Part shown: one piece after another, positions 9,001-17,145 of the stretch
Layout: the number at the start of each line of letters is the position of its first letter
How positions within the stretch are numbered: the stretch's first letter is position 1
Origin: a virus
Taxonomy: Duplodnaviria > Caudoviricetes
IMG/VR virus record: IMGVR_UViG_3300022719_000041
Span: 1 to 45,599 of that record
DNA: 45,599 nt
Direction: 5' to 3' (one strand)
Made by a program: the position numbers and the translations under genes
The notes under the pieces: model-generated
Database searches by the model: none
What the model saw: the letters and a program-made list of their open reading frames with translations, nothing else
Told to the model about the DNA's origin: nothing

Positions 9001-12000
9001 TTCACTGAAATTCCCCTCCGGGAAATGGACGCTATCGTACCCCTGCCGCTCCGCTTGTTCCGCAAACCCCTCATTGGTATCAATGGCGGACTCTTGGCCG
9101 TTCACCATCGGCGTCATATCGTCAGTGAACTCAACCACCATCGGGTTTTCAGCGCGCAAGTAAGCAGACGTTATATCCCCGTCCATGCCCACGTACTGCC
9201 CAGCAGTCCTGCGATTGGTGGTAAACCATGATCCCGGCTCTCGACGGCCAGGTTCAAATTCCGTAATCCCAGGCTCAGCGCTCCCATGGTAGACCACCAG
9301 CGGATTGCCATCGGCATCCACCACCCTGCTGTTGCCAAACCATCGACGAAACTCAGGTGTTTGCGTCTGATCGGCTGAGGCATTCGCCGGCACCGGCGCG
9401 TTCTCCGCGATCTTGCCGTTGAACATGACCACAACGTCCTCGTTGCGAACGTCCTGGGTCACCTCCGGGCTCATCATCCGACGACCGCGGTCACCGAGCC
9501 GTTGGCGTTCCTGGGTATTGCGCGCCTCGACCTCGCCGGCCAGGCGATGGTAGGCGTCAAAAGCGTCCTGATCCTGAACGCGGGTTTTCTTCCAGGCCTC
9601 ATCGCGCCGGGTCACCGCGTCGATGAACTCCCGGACCGTCGGGTCGCCGAATCCACCAGCGGCCTCGACGGCCGCGTAGTAAGCGTCCCGGTTCTCGGCC
9701 ATTTGCTGTTCCTGCGCCGGCGTCGCGATCTCGCGCAAATCCTGATCCGCGTGCGGCGACATCGGGTTGATACCCAGCGCGCCCATGATCTCCTGCCGGT
9801 CATTGTTCATCCGTTCGAACGTGGCCGCGACCTCCGGAATCTGCCTGCCGATACGCCGGACTTCTGTCTGCGCCCTGCGGAACCTGTTCTCGGCCTGCTG
9901 AATCAGAGCGTCCCGCGCACCGCGCGGCGAACCTCCGGTGGCGAACCCTTCGACGTGCTGGATGCCGTGCTGAATCTCATGCAGCAGCGTGCTGAACTGC
10001 TGCCGGGCACCCAGATCGGCGTTGATGGAAATCGTGCGGTTATCCCGATCCAGCCGCCCGAACGTGGACTCGCCCATGCCCTGGCTCGACCGGACCGTCA
10101 TGTCCCGCAATTCCGGGTACGCGGCAAACAGCGCCGGGTGGTCGATAACGCGTTCCAGCGGCTCGGTCCAGACCTTGCCGACCGTCTTGTTCGGGACCGG
10201 CAGATACCGGGCGTCCGAATCGTTGATCTCGAAGCGCCACTTTTTGTCCGGGCCGCGGAACCAGCCGGTTTCTTTGCGGATCGTCTCAGGATCATCGCCA
10301 CGGCGGAGACGGTCGCGGGCCTCGACCAGCGTCTTGCGATCTGCGGTTTCCGCCCGAACCCCGGCGAACGAGTACATCGCCGGCGCATAGGCCGAGCCCT
10401 GCTGTTCATGGAGCCCATCCACGACCCGCTGTACGGAACCGCGCGCCAGGTGCGCGATGTCGTTGGCCGAGAAGTCCCGGGCCAATCCGTACCGCGACAG
10501 GAATTTCCGGACCAGCCGACGAATTTCGGCGATGATCTGTTTGAGCTTGCTGGTTGTCGCCCCGCCCTCGGCCATGTAGGCGATCGTTTCTTCCCACAGG
10601 GCGCTCTCAGGCTTGCCCTGGAGCGTTTCGTCGGCCTGGGCACGCCGATGGGCGGCCAGCGCCTCCTGGGCGCTTCTGGACCGGCTCCCGCGCTCTCCGG
10701 CGCGCACCTGCCGCTTGATCTGGCGTACCAGCCGCTTGTAGCTGCCGGCCTCGGCCTCGTCCATCATCGACTCAAGACCGTGGTGGACGCCGACCTCGTG
10801 CAAGATCAGGCCGCGCTCGGAGCCGGGGGCGATGTTGTCCGTCGCCAGCCAGATTTCGCCGTTGATCCACGCGCCGGCGGCGTCGGGCGGGTGGTTTCCG
10901 GGCCAGTCGGCCGGGGTATTCGTCACGTTGACCAGACTGGAGCCGAGCAGCGCGTTCTGGGCCTTTTTCGTCAGCGTGTCTCGGACGGCCTGTTCGGTGG
11001 TTCCCGAGAAGCGTTGACCGCTGTCATTGCTCTGGGGTACACTGTCATCGGACGAGGTAGAGTCCTCGGAGGAGGGCTCAGGAAGCGACGACCGGTTCGC
11101 CTCTGCCTCAAGGTAGTCGCGAACCGTAGGCACTCCTGGATCAGTACTGCCCGGCAAAGCACCTGCCGCGGGGTTGCCGCCCAGGGCCTCGTCCAAACTT
11201 CCCTTTTTCTCCCGCATTTTCTTTGCGATCTGGCGATCAGTGACCCGATATACCGAGGCCACACGGAATGATCCATCTCTCATCCGCCGGAAATCGACGC
11301 GGACTGCCGGGATCTGCCCAAGCTCTCCTTGCCGGACCAGCGTGATGCGACCCGCTGCATGCGGATACCAGTTTTCGGGCCGTTCAAGAACGAACTCAAC
11401 ATCTGCCTGCGCATCCTGCTCGGACCCGTAGTGCTCAGGGTGGCGACGGGCAAGTTCGTCGAAATCGGCAGTGATCCGCTGCGGCTGGTCGAACCCCATC
11501 CAACGCCAGGTACGGCGGGGGACCTGCACTGCCTGGCGAGAGTATCTAATTTCCGGCTCGCGAACCATCGCCTCGCTGATCTCGAAGTCCCGATTGCGTC
11601 CGGTATTGCTCCGGAACCCGAAGCGCCGATAGAACCTCTTGAGCCTGCCCACCGACGAAGCACCAAAGTCCGCGCTCGGGTCCACGGCGATTCGCTGCCC
11701 GGTACGATCAGCGTAGTCGGTGAGCTCCTGCATGAACTCCGTCCCAAGACCGCGACTTCGCTGGCCACGCGGTGCGACGATTTTGTCCAGCCGGATCACG
11801 CCACCGCTTTCTCGAGCGTACAGATCGAGCCGGTCGGACCAGCGGGCAAGCAGGTCATTGAGGTTACGACGGGAATATCGCGCTTCCTGCGCCCTTACTT
11901 CCGGCCCTTCTTCTTGTGCCGCCCGGCCGCGCGCTCGCCCGGCTTCTTCGTCGCGTTGTGAATCTTGGCCGCGCGTTTCTGTGCCTTCTTCTTCGGCACG

Positions 12001-15000
12001 CCCTTCTTGCGCAGTTTGTCTCTGATCGCTTCGTAGCGTTTCGGCATCGGGGGTCTCCGTGGTTGCGGGCTGTTGATCGGGGGTTAATGCGGCGCGTCTG
12101 AATTGCGGGCTACTATCAACCGGACGAACACGATCAACATGCGCCGCAACGTGAATCTCGCCATCCTGAAAGGCATCGTCAAGCCGAACATCTGACGGGT
12201 CAGCCCGAACCTCAACCGTCGCATCACCATACCCTTCTGCGTAGCCCGCCGCCCTGGTCGAGAAGAACGCCTCGTTCGTGTTCTCCGCAGAGACAAAGCG
12301 GCCCGTCTCGCGGATACGCTGTGCGGTTTCTGGAGTTGTCCGGTGGTAGAGCGTGATCGTGCCGTCTTCATTGACCGGAACCGGAACGCCGTTCAGGTCT
12401 TGAAGGGGCGACCCGCCCTGGTCTAATGGCGCTTCTTGACCCGCCGCCTGCTCCTCCGTGGCCGGCTCGCGATGAATCTCGCCGGTAATCGCGTTCAGGA
12501 CCTGCCAGTCGCCTCCTGCCGGCGCCTGGTCGATTGCCTGCTCCACGGTCTTGAAGTGCTGCTCGCTTTTTTCAGGGCGGTAGGTGACGAGCATATATGG
12601 ACGGTCGGGGTCAACCGTGGCCGGTTGGTCGTGGACGTTCGTGTACTCCAGGCCCGGTTGTTCGTGAGACGGGTTCTCGAACCCCTCGCGCTCCAGCTCG
12701 CGCCCGTACTCGGATGTGCGCGGCAACGTCGGCTCCGGCGGCACGAACTGGTCCGATTTTTCTGCACTTCCTACCCTTTGACTTTCTCCGGCATTTGTGG
12801 TACGTGGCTCGCCCTCGACCGCCTTCGGCCCGAACATATCGGACTGCGGCGGCCGTGGACCGGCAAACAGTTCGCCCTCGCCCTCGATCATGTCCGGGGC
12901 CTGGTCGGCGCGCTGCTGGCGAGCCCGGTCGGCGTCGGATTGCGCTTGGGCGGTCTGGTCGACCGCGCCGGCTAGGTCTTGCCCTTCGCCTTGTTGTCCG
13001 GTTGCCGTCGACGCTTCAACTTCCTGCCCTTGTTGCGCTTGGCGTTCTCGAGCACCTGGTCCTTGATCCTCCGGAACCGCTTGGTTTCCTTGGCCATTTC
13101 TTTCTCCTTGGCTGATCTGCCACAGGCCGCGCACGGTCTCGGCCTCGCTCAGATCGGCGTTCATGATTTCAATCGCCGCGGCCTCGTCGAGCGCGCGCGC
13201 GTCCTCGAATAAGTCGTACAGGGCGCGGGCTTCGGCATCCATGTCCGCCAGGTACTCGTCGTTTGCGTACCGGAAACCGGCCAGATCGCGGCCCCGGTCG
13301 GCCATGTCGCGGCCCAGAGCATCAATCTCCGCGTCCGAACGCTCACCCCGGGCGATACGCTGCGCTTCCCGGTACTCGGCGAGCATTTCCTGCCAGGTTT
13401 CGGGCGCTGTGCCGTCAGCAGCGTTCAGCCGTTCTGTCTCGATCTGGCCGAGCATTTGGCTGATCACTTCGGTCTGCCTTGATCCAAGCCGCTTGCCCTC
13501 AAGCGCCTTGTTGACCGCGTTTTTCACGTCGTCGGTCGACACCTTGAGCTCAGCGGCCATTGACTGAAACCACATCGGATTCACCGAAGGGCTGCGAACA
13601 ACCTGGTCAGTGCCGTAGTCCCAGAGAAGATCGCCGGTGTTGTCCCGCCGAGTTGCGCCCGGGGCTGGAACCAGCGCGATGCCCCCGCCTTTGGTCAAAT
13701 CCCTGGTCATCTGCAGCAGGCCCGCGCGGTAGGGCCGGCGCATTAGCTTCGGATCGTCCAACCCTTCCGGAAGCTGCTCGCGGCCAACCGGCCCGATCAG
13801 CGGGTTCCTGGCCGCTGCGCCTCTTCCACCCTCTGCCGGGGCCTGCTCTCCTTCCGGCGCCTGATCCCCACTCTCATCCCGATTGATCTCGCGCTCCAGG
13901 CGCTCGATGAGCTCGGCATCCGTAATCTCCCCGGTATCTTGGCCCGCCTCGGCGTCACGTTCGGCCTTGGCCCGGCGCATTGCCTCGGCCATGACCGGAT
14001 TCGGCGGCGCGGGCTCGACGAATTGCTGCGGGTCCTGTTCGTGCTTCTGTGCCTCGGCCTGCAGATAGTCGGCGTCGAATTGACGGCGCTGCGCCTGCTC
14101 ACGCTGCCTGTAAGCGGCTTCTTCCTGTTCGCGGCGCTGCTGCTCGGCGCTGCGGTCTTGCTGCTGCTCGGCCTGAACCCGCGGCAATCCCTCGTCCATG
14201 GAGCCGATGAACTGGTCGGCCAGGTTGAACCCTGCGGCCACGTCCGGGGCCTCGTCCTCGAGCATGGACCGGGCTTTGCCGATGTCGTCCTGTTCGATCT
14301 GCGGGGAAAGCAGGGGAGTCTGCGCGGAAGGGGGAAGGCGGTCGAACGGGGGTAGGCCGGATACGGGGTTTTCCGGGCTTGGCGGCTCCTGAGACGGGCG
14401 CGGTTGTGCGCCTTGGATTGCTCCGGCACCGGCACCGAACAGACCGAAGATCGCACCCTGCCCTGTCGCCTCGCCAGCGCCTTCGAGAAGCATCTGCTCC
14501 GGGTTGATCTGCTGGGTGGCCAGATTGGCGAGAATTTTGCCGGTGCCTTCTTCAGCGCTCTCGGTGATGGATTCGCCGGCCAAACCCCGGGCACCACCTG
14601 CAATAGCCCCTCGCGCGCCGCCCATGCCACCCCTGACGCCGCCGCCAAGAACGCGTTCTACCGACCGCGCGCCCGGGATGGCCAAGTTGAGTCCGGCCGA
14701 CGTGACGGCACCGGCAAGCGCATTCCAGCGCGAGAGTTCAAGCGCGATCTGCTCTTTTGCCTGGTCCTCCGGGACACCGGACTCAATGAGCTTCTGGGTC
14801 GCCTCGTTGGCCGCCCAGAGCGCGTTCTCCTGGCTAAGCAACTGATCGTAGGATTCGCCACCCACGTCCGAGCCATGAAGTGCTGCGCCCGTACCCACAG
14901 CGCCCCCGGTGGCTGCCGCTCCGGACGCGACTGCGCCCTTGCCGGACATCTTTGCGATCGTACCGGCCACGCGTCCACCGATGCCGGTCGCAATCAGGTT

Positions 15001-15462
15001 CGGCGCCTGTTCGGCCAGTGTGTTCGACAACAACACCGGGTCCGATGCGATCGACTTGACCGTCGTTCCAAGCTGGTTCCAGAAGCCCTCCTGGCCTTCA
15101 ATCTCGGCGCGCATCCGTTCTTGCCGGGCCTTGAGTTCATCGCTATGGCGGCCCGACCAGTATTCCCGACCGGCCTCGCCCTGACGGCGCGCCCAGTTGT
15201 CCATATCGACCGTTGCCAACCCATAACCGGTGCCGACCATGCCCAGCAGGGCATTTGAGCCAGCGCCGAATGACCGGCCAATATCGGCAGCGCGTTCGCC
15301 CACCGTGTAGGGATCGTGCTGCATGTCCAGCGCCCGCCCAATAACCGCCGGCGAGCCGTACTCGCCCATCAGGTCGACTTTGCCGTCGCCCTCGGGCAGA
15401 TCGTCCAGCCAACTGCCGTCAGTGCCCTCTGCTTCGGGCATCGCGTCCAGCCAATCAGCCAC
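6040..15462 (-). CDS. Giant polyvalent internal virion (ejection) protein, 3140 aa
   Basis: Last gene of the ejection-protein block. Contains an ART-like module (TLYHRTT), a GNAT (RGQRSRGLGT..LKRFYRRFGF), a BECR-like module, a zincin (LILHEVGVHH), LPD23-like GWFRGPDKKWRFEIND with LLHEIQH, and ART-PolyVal-like FRRWFGNS..PLVVYHGS..VVFDPTQIKSA. Confidence 0.9.
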   Translation of the reverse strand: MADWLDAMPEAEGTDGSWLDDLPEGDGKVDLMGEYGSPAVIGRALDMQHDPYTVGERAADIGRSFGAGSNALLGMVGTGYGLATVDMDNWARRQGEAGREYWSGRHSDELKARQERMRAEIEGQEGFWNQLGTTVKSIASDPVLLSNTLAEQAPNLIATGIGGRVAGTIAKMSGKGAVASGAAATGGAVGTGAALHGSDVGGESYDQLLSQENALWAANEATQKLIESGVPEDQAKEQIALELSRWNALAGAVTSAGLNLAIPGARSVERVLGGGVRGGMGGARGAIAGGARGLAGESITESAEEGTGKILANLATQQINPEQMLLEGAGEATGQGAIFGLFGAGAGAIQGAQPRPSQEPPSPENPVSGLPPFDRLPPSAQTPLLSPQIEQDDIGKARSMLEDEAPDVAAGFNLADQFIGSMDEGLPRVQAEQQQDRSAEQQRREQEEAAYRQREQAQRRQFDADYLQAEAQKHEQDPQQFVEPAPPNPVMAEAMRRAKAERDAEAGQDTGEITDAELIERLEREINRDESGDQAPEGEQAPAEGGRGAAARNPLIGPVGREQLPEGLDDPKLMRRPYRAGLLQMTRDLTKGGGIALVPAPGATRRDNTGDLLWDYGTDQVVRSPSVNPMWFQSMAAELKVSTDDVKNAVNKALEGKRLGSRQTEVISQMLGQIETERLNAADGTAPETWQEMLAEYREAQRIARGERSDAEIDALGRDMADRGRDLAGFRYANDEYLADMDAEARALYDLFEDARALDEAAAIEIMNADLSEAETVRGLWQISQGERNGQGNQAVPEDQGPGARERQAQQGQEVEASTATGQQGEGQDLAGAVDQTAQAQSDADRARQQRADQAPDMIEGEGELFAGPRPPQSDMFGPKAVEGEPRTTNAGESQRVGSAEKSDQFVPPEPTLPRTSEYGRELEREGFENPSHEQPGLEYTNVHDQPATVDPDRPYMLVTYRPEKSEQHFKTVEQAIDQAPAGGDWQVLNAITGEIHREPATEEQAAGQEAPLDQGGSPLQDLNGVPVPVNEDGTITLYHRTTPETAQRIRETGRFVSAENTNEAFFSTRAAGYAEGYGDATVEVRADPSDVRLDDAFQDGEIHVAAHVDRVRPVDSSPQFRRAALTPDQQPATTETPDAETLRSDQRQTAQEGRAEEEGTETRGQDSQRDEEAGRARGRAAQEEGPEVRAQEARYSRRNLNDLLARWSDRLDLYARESGGVIRLDKIVAPRGQRSRGLGTEFMQELTDYADRTGQRIAVDPSADFGASSVGRLKRFYRRFGFRSNTGRNRDFEISEAMVREPEIRYSRQAVQVPRRTWRWMGFDQPQRITADFDELARRHPEHYGSEQDAQADVEFVLERPENWYPHAAGRITLVRQGELGQIPAVRVDFRRMRDGSFRVASVYRVTDRQIAKKMREKKGSLDEALGGNPAAGALPGSTDPGVPTVRDYLEAEANRSSLPEPSSEDSTSSDDSVPQSNDSGQRFSGTTEQAVRDTLTKKAQNALLGSSLVNVTNTPADWPGNHPPDAAGAWINGEIWLATDNIAPGSERGLILHEVGVHHGLESMMDEAEAGSYKRLVRQIKRQVRAGERGSRSRSAQEALAAHRRAQADETLQGKPESALWEETIAYMAEGGATTSKLKQIIAEIRRLVRKFLSRYGLARDFSANDIAHLARGSVQRVVDGLHEQQGSAYAPAMYSFAGVRAETADRKTLVEARDRLRRGDDPETIRKETGWFRGPDKKWRFEINDSDARYLPVPNKTVGKVWTEPLERVIDHPALFAAYPELRDMTVRSSQGMGESTFGRLDRDNRTISINADLGARQQFSTLLHEIQHGIQHVEGFATGGSPRGARDALIQQAENRFRRAQTEVRRIGRQIPEVAATFERMNNDRQEIMGALGINPMSPHADQDLREIATPAQEQQMAENRDAYYAAVEAAGGFGDPTVREFIDAVTRRDEAWKKTRVQDQDAFDAYHRLAGEVEARNTQERQRLGDRGRRMMSPEVTQDVRNEDVVVMFNGKIAENAPVPANASADQTQTPEFRRWFGNSRVVDADGNPLVVYHGSAEPGITEFEPGRREPGSWFTTNRRTAGQYVGMDGDITSAYLRAENPMVVEFTDDMTPMVNGQESAIDTNEGFAEQAERQGYDSVHFPEGNFSEDAETWVVFDPTQIKSATGNVGTFDPDNPDIRYSRSKTYRADESGERVKPGKEVFTTTAYMGRDSDGKVITVQTSDPSLDEQKAHKKWAKKLFTKEGLLHPKAFARHIETHGIKNEIELDTQFFTADFTKAARRAFGQRFYARIPEADRQQMNEYLAGREVEGLDQEVRDALDVMRGALDRLSGQVQMVLIDEVRFASESLDDANRQVFLDNLDAALAGDEQAIETIQGLPNVGGLIARKIGTIRTIESNKGEYLNRSYRVFDDEKWSPPAEVIERAREFLNERVRAQDEFSEASDKEIEDHVEGIINAILRTDQDGMVGFLSSGLLGQKDLSILKRRKDIAPEIRELMGEHTDPRMNFARSLTKMGSLVANHHFLSKVREDGLGEFLSTRESGRMSTEISSWADDTMVPLSGLYATPEFAKALRDFVNVDSLSGLYKQALRMNSAVKYGKTVLSPTTSFRNFYSASMFTVMNGHFDWRHSKRAAQHTWADLFSNNADRHEYLKKLVRLGVLHDNPRAGEMRAALEDVMSTDPYSGNIAARALKGTLNVATKIYRAGDDFWKIIGFENEKQALVKSGMNEAEAEAMAADRIRNGYPTYSMVPESVRWLRRFPGAGTFVSFPWEIARTTGQQFRIVREDLAAGRTSMAARRMVGMATAGAGASAVGMTLMAMFGIDDEEDEAIREMAAPWQRNAQFAYMPPDEEGNIRYLDLSHLDPYAYLKLPVRAVMNGNNEGVQEKVGEALKELLGPFLGPDIAATAIGEVAFNQRLDGGEVYDESASKIDKAIKSLEHLRKGLQPGIAANIERSLKALHGEVTSYGKEYKKADEALGWIGFRLTTADPETSLKFRGFDFNRSYRESRNPLYRALRNPNPMSEREIRNAVLQSDERWKTAFRDVHDAVRAVRVSGLSDFEIRRILDDAGIPNSRISSIVRTEIPTWRPTSQSVSNARRAATRGRNARISPKEFEDRMRVVRETLRELRRQRRDSR
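11014..11043 (+). promoter_or_regulatory. Antisense sigma70 promoter inside the polyvalent gene
   Basis: TTGACC (11014-11019), 18 bp spacer, TACACT (11038-11043). Confidence 0.6.
11050..11195 (+). ncRNA. Putative structured antisense RNA (~145 nt) embedded in the polyvalent gene
   Basis: Begins 6 nt after the -10; GGACGAGG (11050-57) pairs with CCTCGTCC (11187-94); internal hairpins at 11060-11079 and 11093-11126; pyrimidine tract follows. Confidence 0.5.
11895..12047 (-). CDS. Nested +1-frame basic protein (50 aa) inside the polyvalent gene
   Basis: GGAG-N7-ATG; MPKRYEAIRDKLRKKGVPKKKAQKRAAKIHNATKKPGERAAGRHKKKGRK*. Confidence 0.65.
   Translation of the reverse strand: MPKRYEAIRDKLRKKGVPKKKAQKRAAKIHNATKKPGERAAGRHKKKGRK
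12972..13097 (-). CDS. Nested +1-frame basic protein (41 aa) inside the polyvalent gene
   Basis: AAGGAG-N6-ATG; MAKETKRFRRIKDQVLENAKRNKGRKLKRRRQPDNKAKGKT*. Confidence 0.6.
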   Translation of the reverse strand: MAKETKRFRRIKDQVLENAKRNKGRKLKRRRQPDNKAKGKT

Positions 15463-16561
15463 TGACCCGCACCTTCTGGCCGTTCTGGATCAGCCAGATC
15501 GTGCCCCTTCGGTCACGCACGTAGGTCCCTTCCGGCGGTGGTCCCTGAAGTTGGGCCGCCGGAATCGGATTGGCCGGCGACGTACCGGGTTGTTTCTGAC
15601 CCGGGTTCTGCTGACCGGGCGGCTGGCCTGCCCCCGGCATCGACCCCATCGGTTCAATGACGGGACCACCCTGAGCGGGTTGTCCCTGTCGTCCACCTCG
15701 GCCTTGTGCCTGCCGACCACGCATCTGCTGCTGTGCGCCGGTAACAACATCGCCCAGAAGACCGCCGCCGCCCTGTGGTGCGGGCTGGGCAGACTGCTGT
15801 CCACCCACCCCGAACTCCGGCCCAAACCGCTGAATCTGGTTTCGGTACATATGCATCTGCACCTTGTTCATCGCTTCGTGGACCGGTGTGTTCTCGTCAA
15901 TTTGTAGTTCCTGCGCGAGCTGCGGGTTCAATTCCAGGAAGTTCTCGACCCGCGCCGGGTCGTCCTTGTGGAACCGGAACTGCTCGTCCGCCCTGTTCGA
16001 TGCGTCGTTCAGCGCCCTGATCCTGAACTTGTCGGCCTGGGCCGAACCCTGTCTCGGCGTCAGCAGATCCCAGCGCGTCTCGCCGGTCTTGTCATAGTGC
16101 TCCTGGAACTTCTGCGCCGACTGCGGCGTCACCGAGTCCGGTCGCACCACGCCGAACAGATCGTTCTTCCCGCCCTTGCCGACGTTCTCGGCCTGCGCGC
16201 CATACAGGTCCGCACGTGCCCGGGAGGCTTCGGCTGAGGCCTGGCGCTGTCCAATCAGCGCCTGGTCGGCTGGCGTTGGGTTGTTGATCTCGAATTCCCG
16301 TTCAGCCTTGGACCTTTCGAGCGCCGCCTCGCTGGTCGCCCTGATGTCTTCCAGGCCGCGCTGGTGGGCCATTGCGTCGTCCTGGAGCTTCCATTCGCGT
16401 TCGAGTTGCTTGAGAGACGCCTCACGCCGAGCCTGCGCGCTGTCCAGCGCCGATTGCGCGGCGAAGTCCTTGGCGCGCTGCTGATCGGCGTGCATGCCCT
16501 GCGACAACAGGCCAAGACCGGTCCCGATCGCGCTGTTGAGTGCTGCGGCTTTGCGGCTCAT
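15455..16561 (-). CDS. Internal virion (ejection) protein
   Basis: Helical, Q/G-rich, coupled within the ejection block. Confidence 0.75.
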   Translation of the reverse strand: MSRKAAALNSAIGTGLGLLSQGMHADQQRAKDFAAQSALDSAQARREASLKQLEREWKLQDDAMAHQRGLEDIRATSEAALERSKAEREFEINNPTPADQALIGQRQASAEASRARADLYGAQAENVGKGGKNDLFGVVRPDSVTPQSAQKFQEHYDKTGETRWDLLTPRQGSAQADKFRIRALNDASNRADEQFRFHKDDPARVENFLELNPQLAQELQIDENTPVHEAMNKVQMHMYRNQIQRFGPEFGVGGQQSAQPAPQGGGGLLGDVVTGAQQQMRGRQAQGRGGRQGQPAQGGPVIEPMGSMPGAGQPPGQQNPGQKQPGTSPANPIPAAQLQGPPPEGTYVRDRRGTIWLIQNGQKVRVSG

Positions 16562-17145
16562 CGTTGACCTCCGGGGAGTCCCTGTTGAATGCCGGCGGCG
16601 AGCGGGTCGGGCTGCGGCCCACCCATCTGCTGACCGGCCTGTCGAATTGCCTGCGGGTCGCCGCCGCGCGCCTTAACGCGCTCGTCGACGTACCGGGCGG
16701 CCTCGTCGAACGTCCCGTCCTCGAGGAACTCGGCGAACATCTCCTCGGCGATTGCGCGCTGTTCGGGGTCATCACCGACCTTGGCCATGTGAATCTCGAT
16801 CATCCGGCCGAGCGCATCCTCGCGCAATTCCGTCAGGTCGCTGGTCGGCGTGCCGACGGCCTGCGCAATCTCGATCAGGTAGTCGATGGTCTCGGTGGCC
16901 AGCGGCAACAGTATCTCGAGGGTCACCATGTCCGGCGCGACCTGCGCGATCTGCTCGGAAACCTGAGTCATCACCTGGTAGCTCACCGCCGCAATCGTGT
17001 CGGCGAGCCCGCCATCGGTGCCGGCGTTGGAGATGGACTTTGCAACATGTTCGCGTGCCGGGCCATGGAGATAGTCGGAAATCCCGTCGGAAAGCTGCTG
17101 CAGCATCTGCTCGTCGGAGCCGTCGATCAGGCCCTGGTTATCCAT
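16558..17145 (-). CDS. Virion-block hypothetical protein (acidic, helical)
   Basis: GGAGG RBS, overlaps both neighbours. Confidence 0.75.
   Translation of the reverse strand: MDNQGLIDGSDEQMLQQLSDGISDYLHGPAREHVAKSISNAGTDGGLADTIAAVSYQVMTQVSEQIAQVAPDMVTLEILLPLATETIDYLIEIAQAVGTPTSDLTELREDALGRMIEIHMAKVGDDPEQRAIAEEMFAEFLEDGTFDEAARYVDERVKARGGDPQAIRQAGQQMGGPQPDPLAAGIQQGLPGGQR

Noticed and set aside
11050-11200. Canonical tRNA or tmRNA inside the giant gene
   Set aside because: No TTC T-loop at the right position, arms too long, no unpaired NCCA; kept only as a putative structured RNA
9502-11271. 589-aa plus-strand ORF
   Set aside because: Antisense shadow of the GC-rich polyvalent gene; no RBS or recognisable motifs
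12495-12795. Further +1-frame nested ORFs (MPEKVKG* and the 90-aa ORF 12495-12767)
   Set aside because: The first is 7 codons; the second has R/S/T shadow composition and overlaps normally biased main-frame codons
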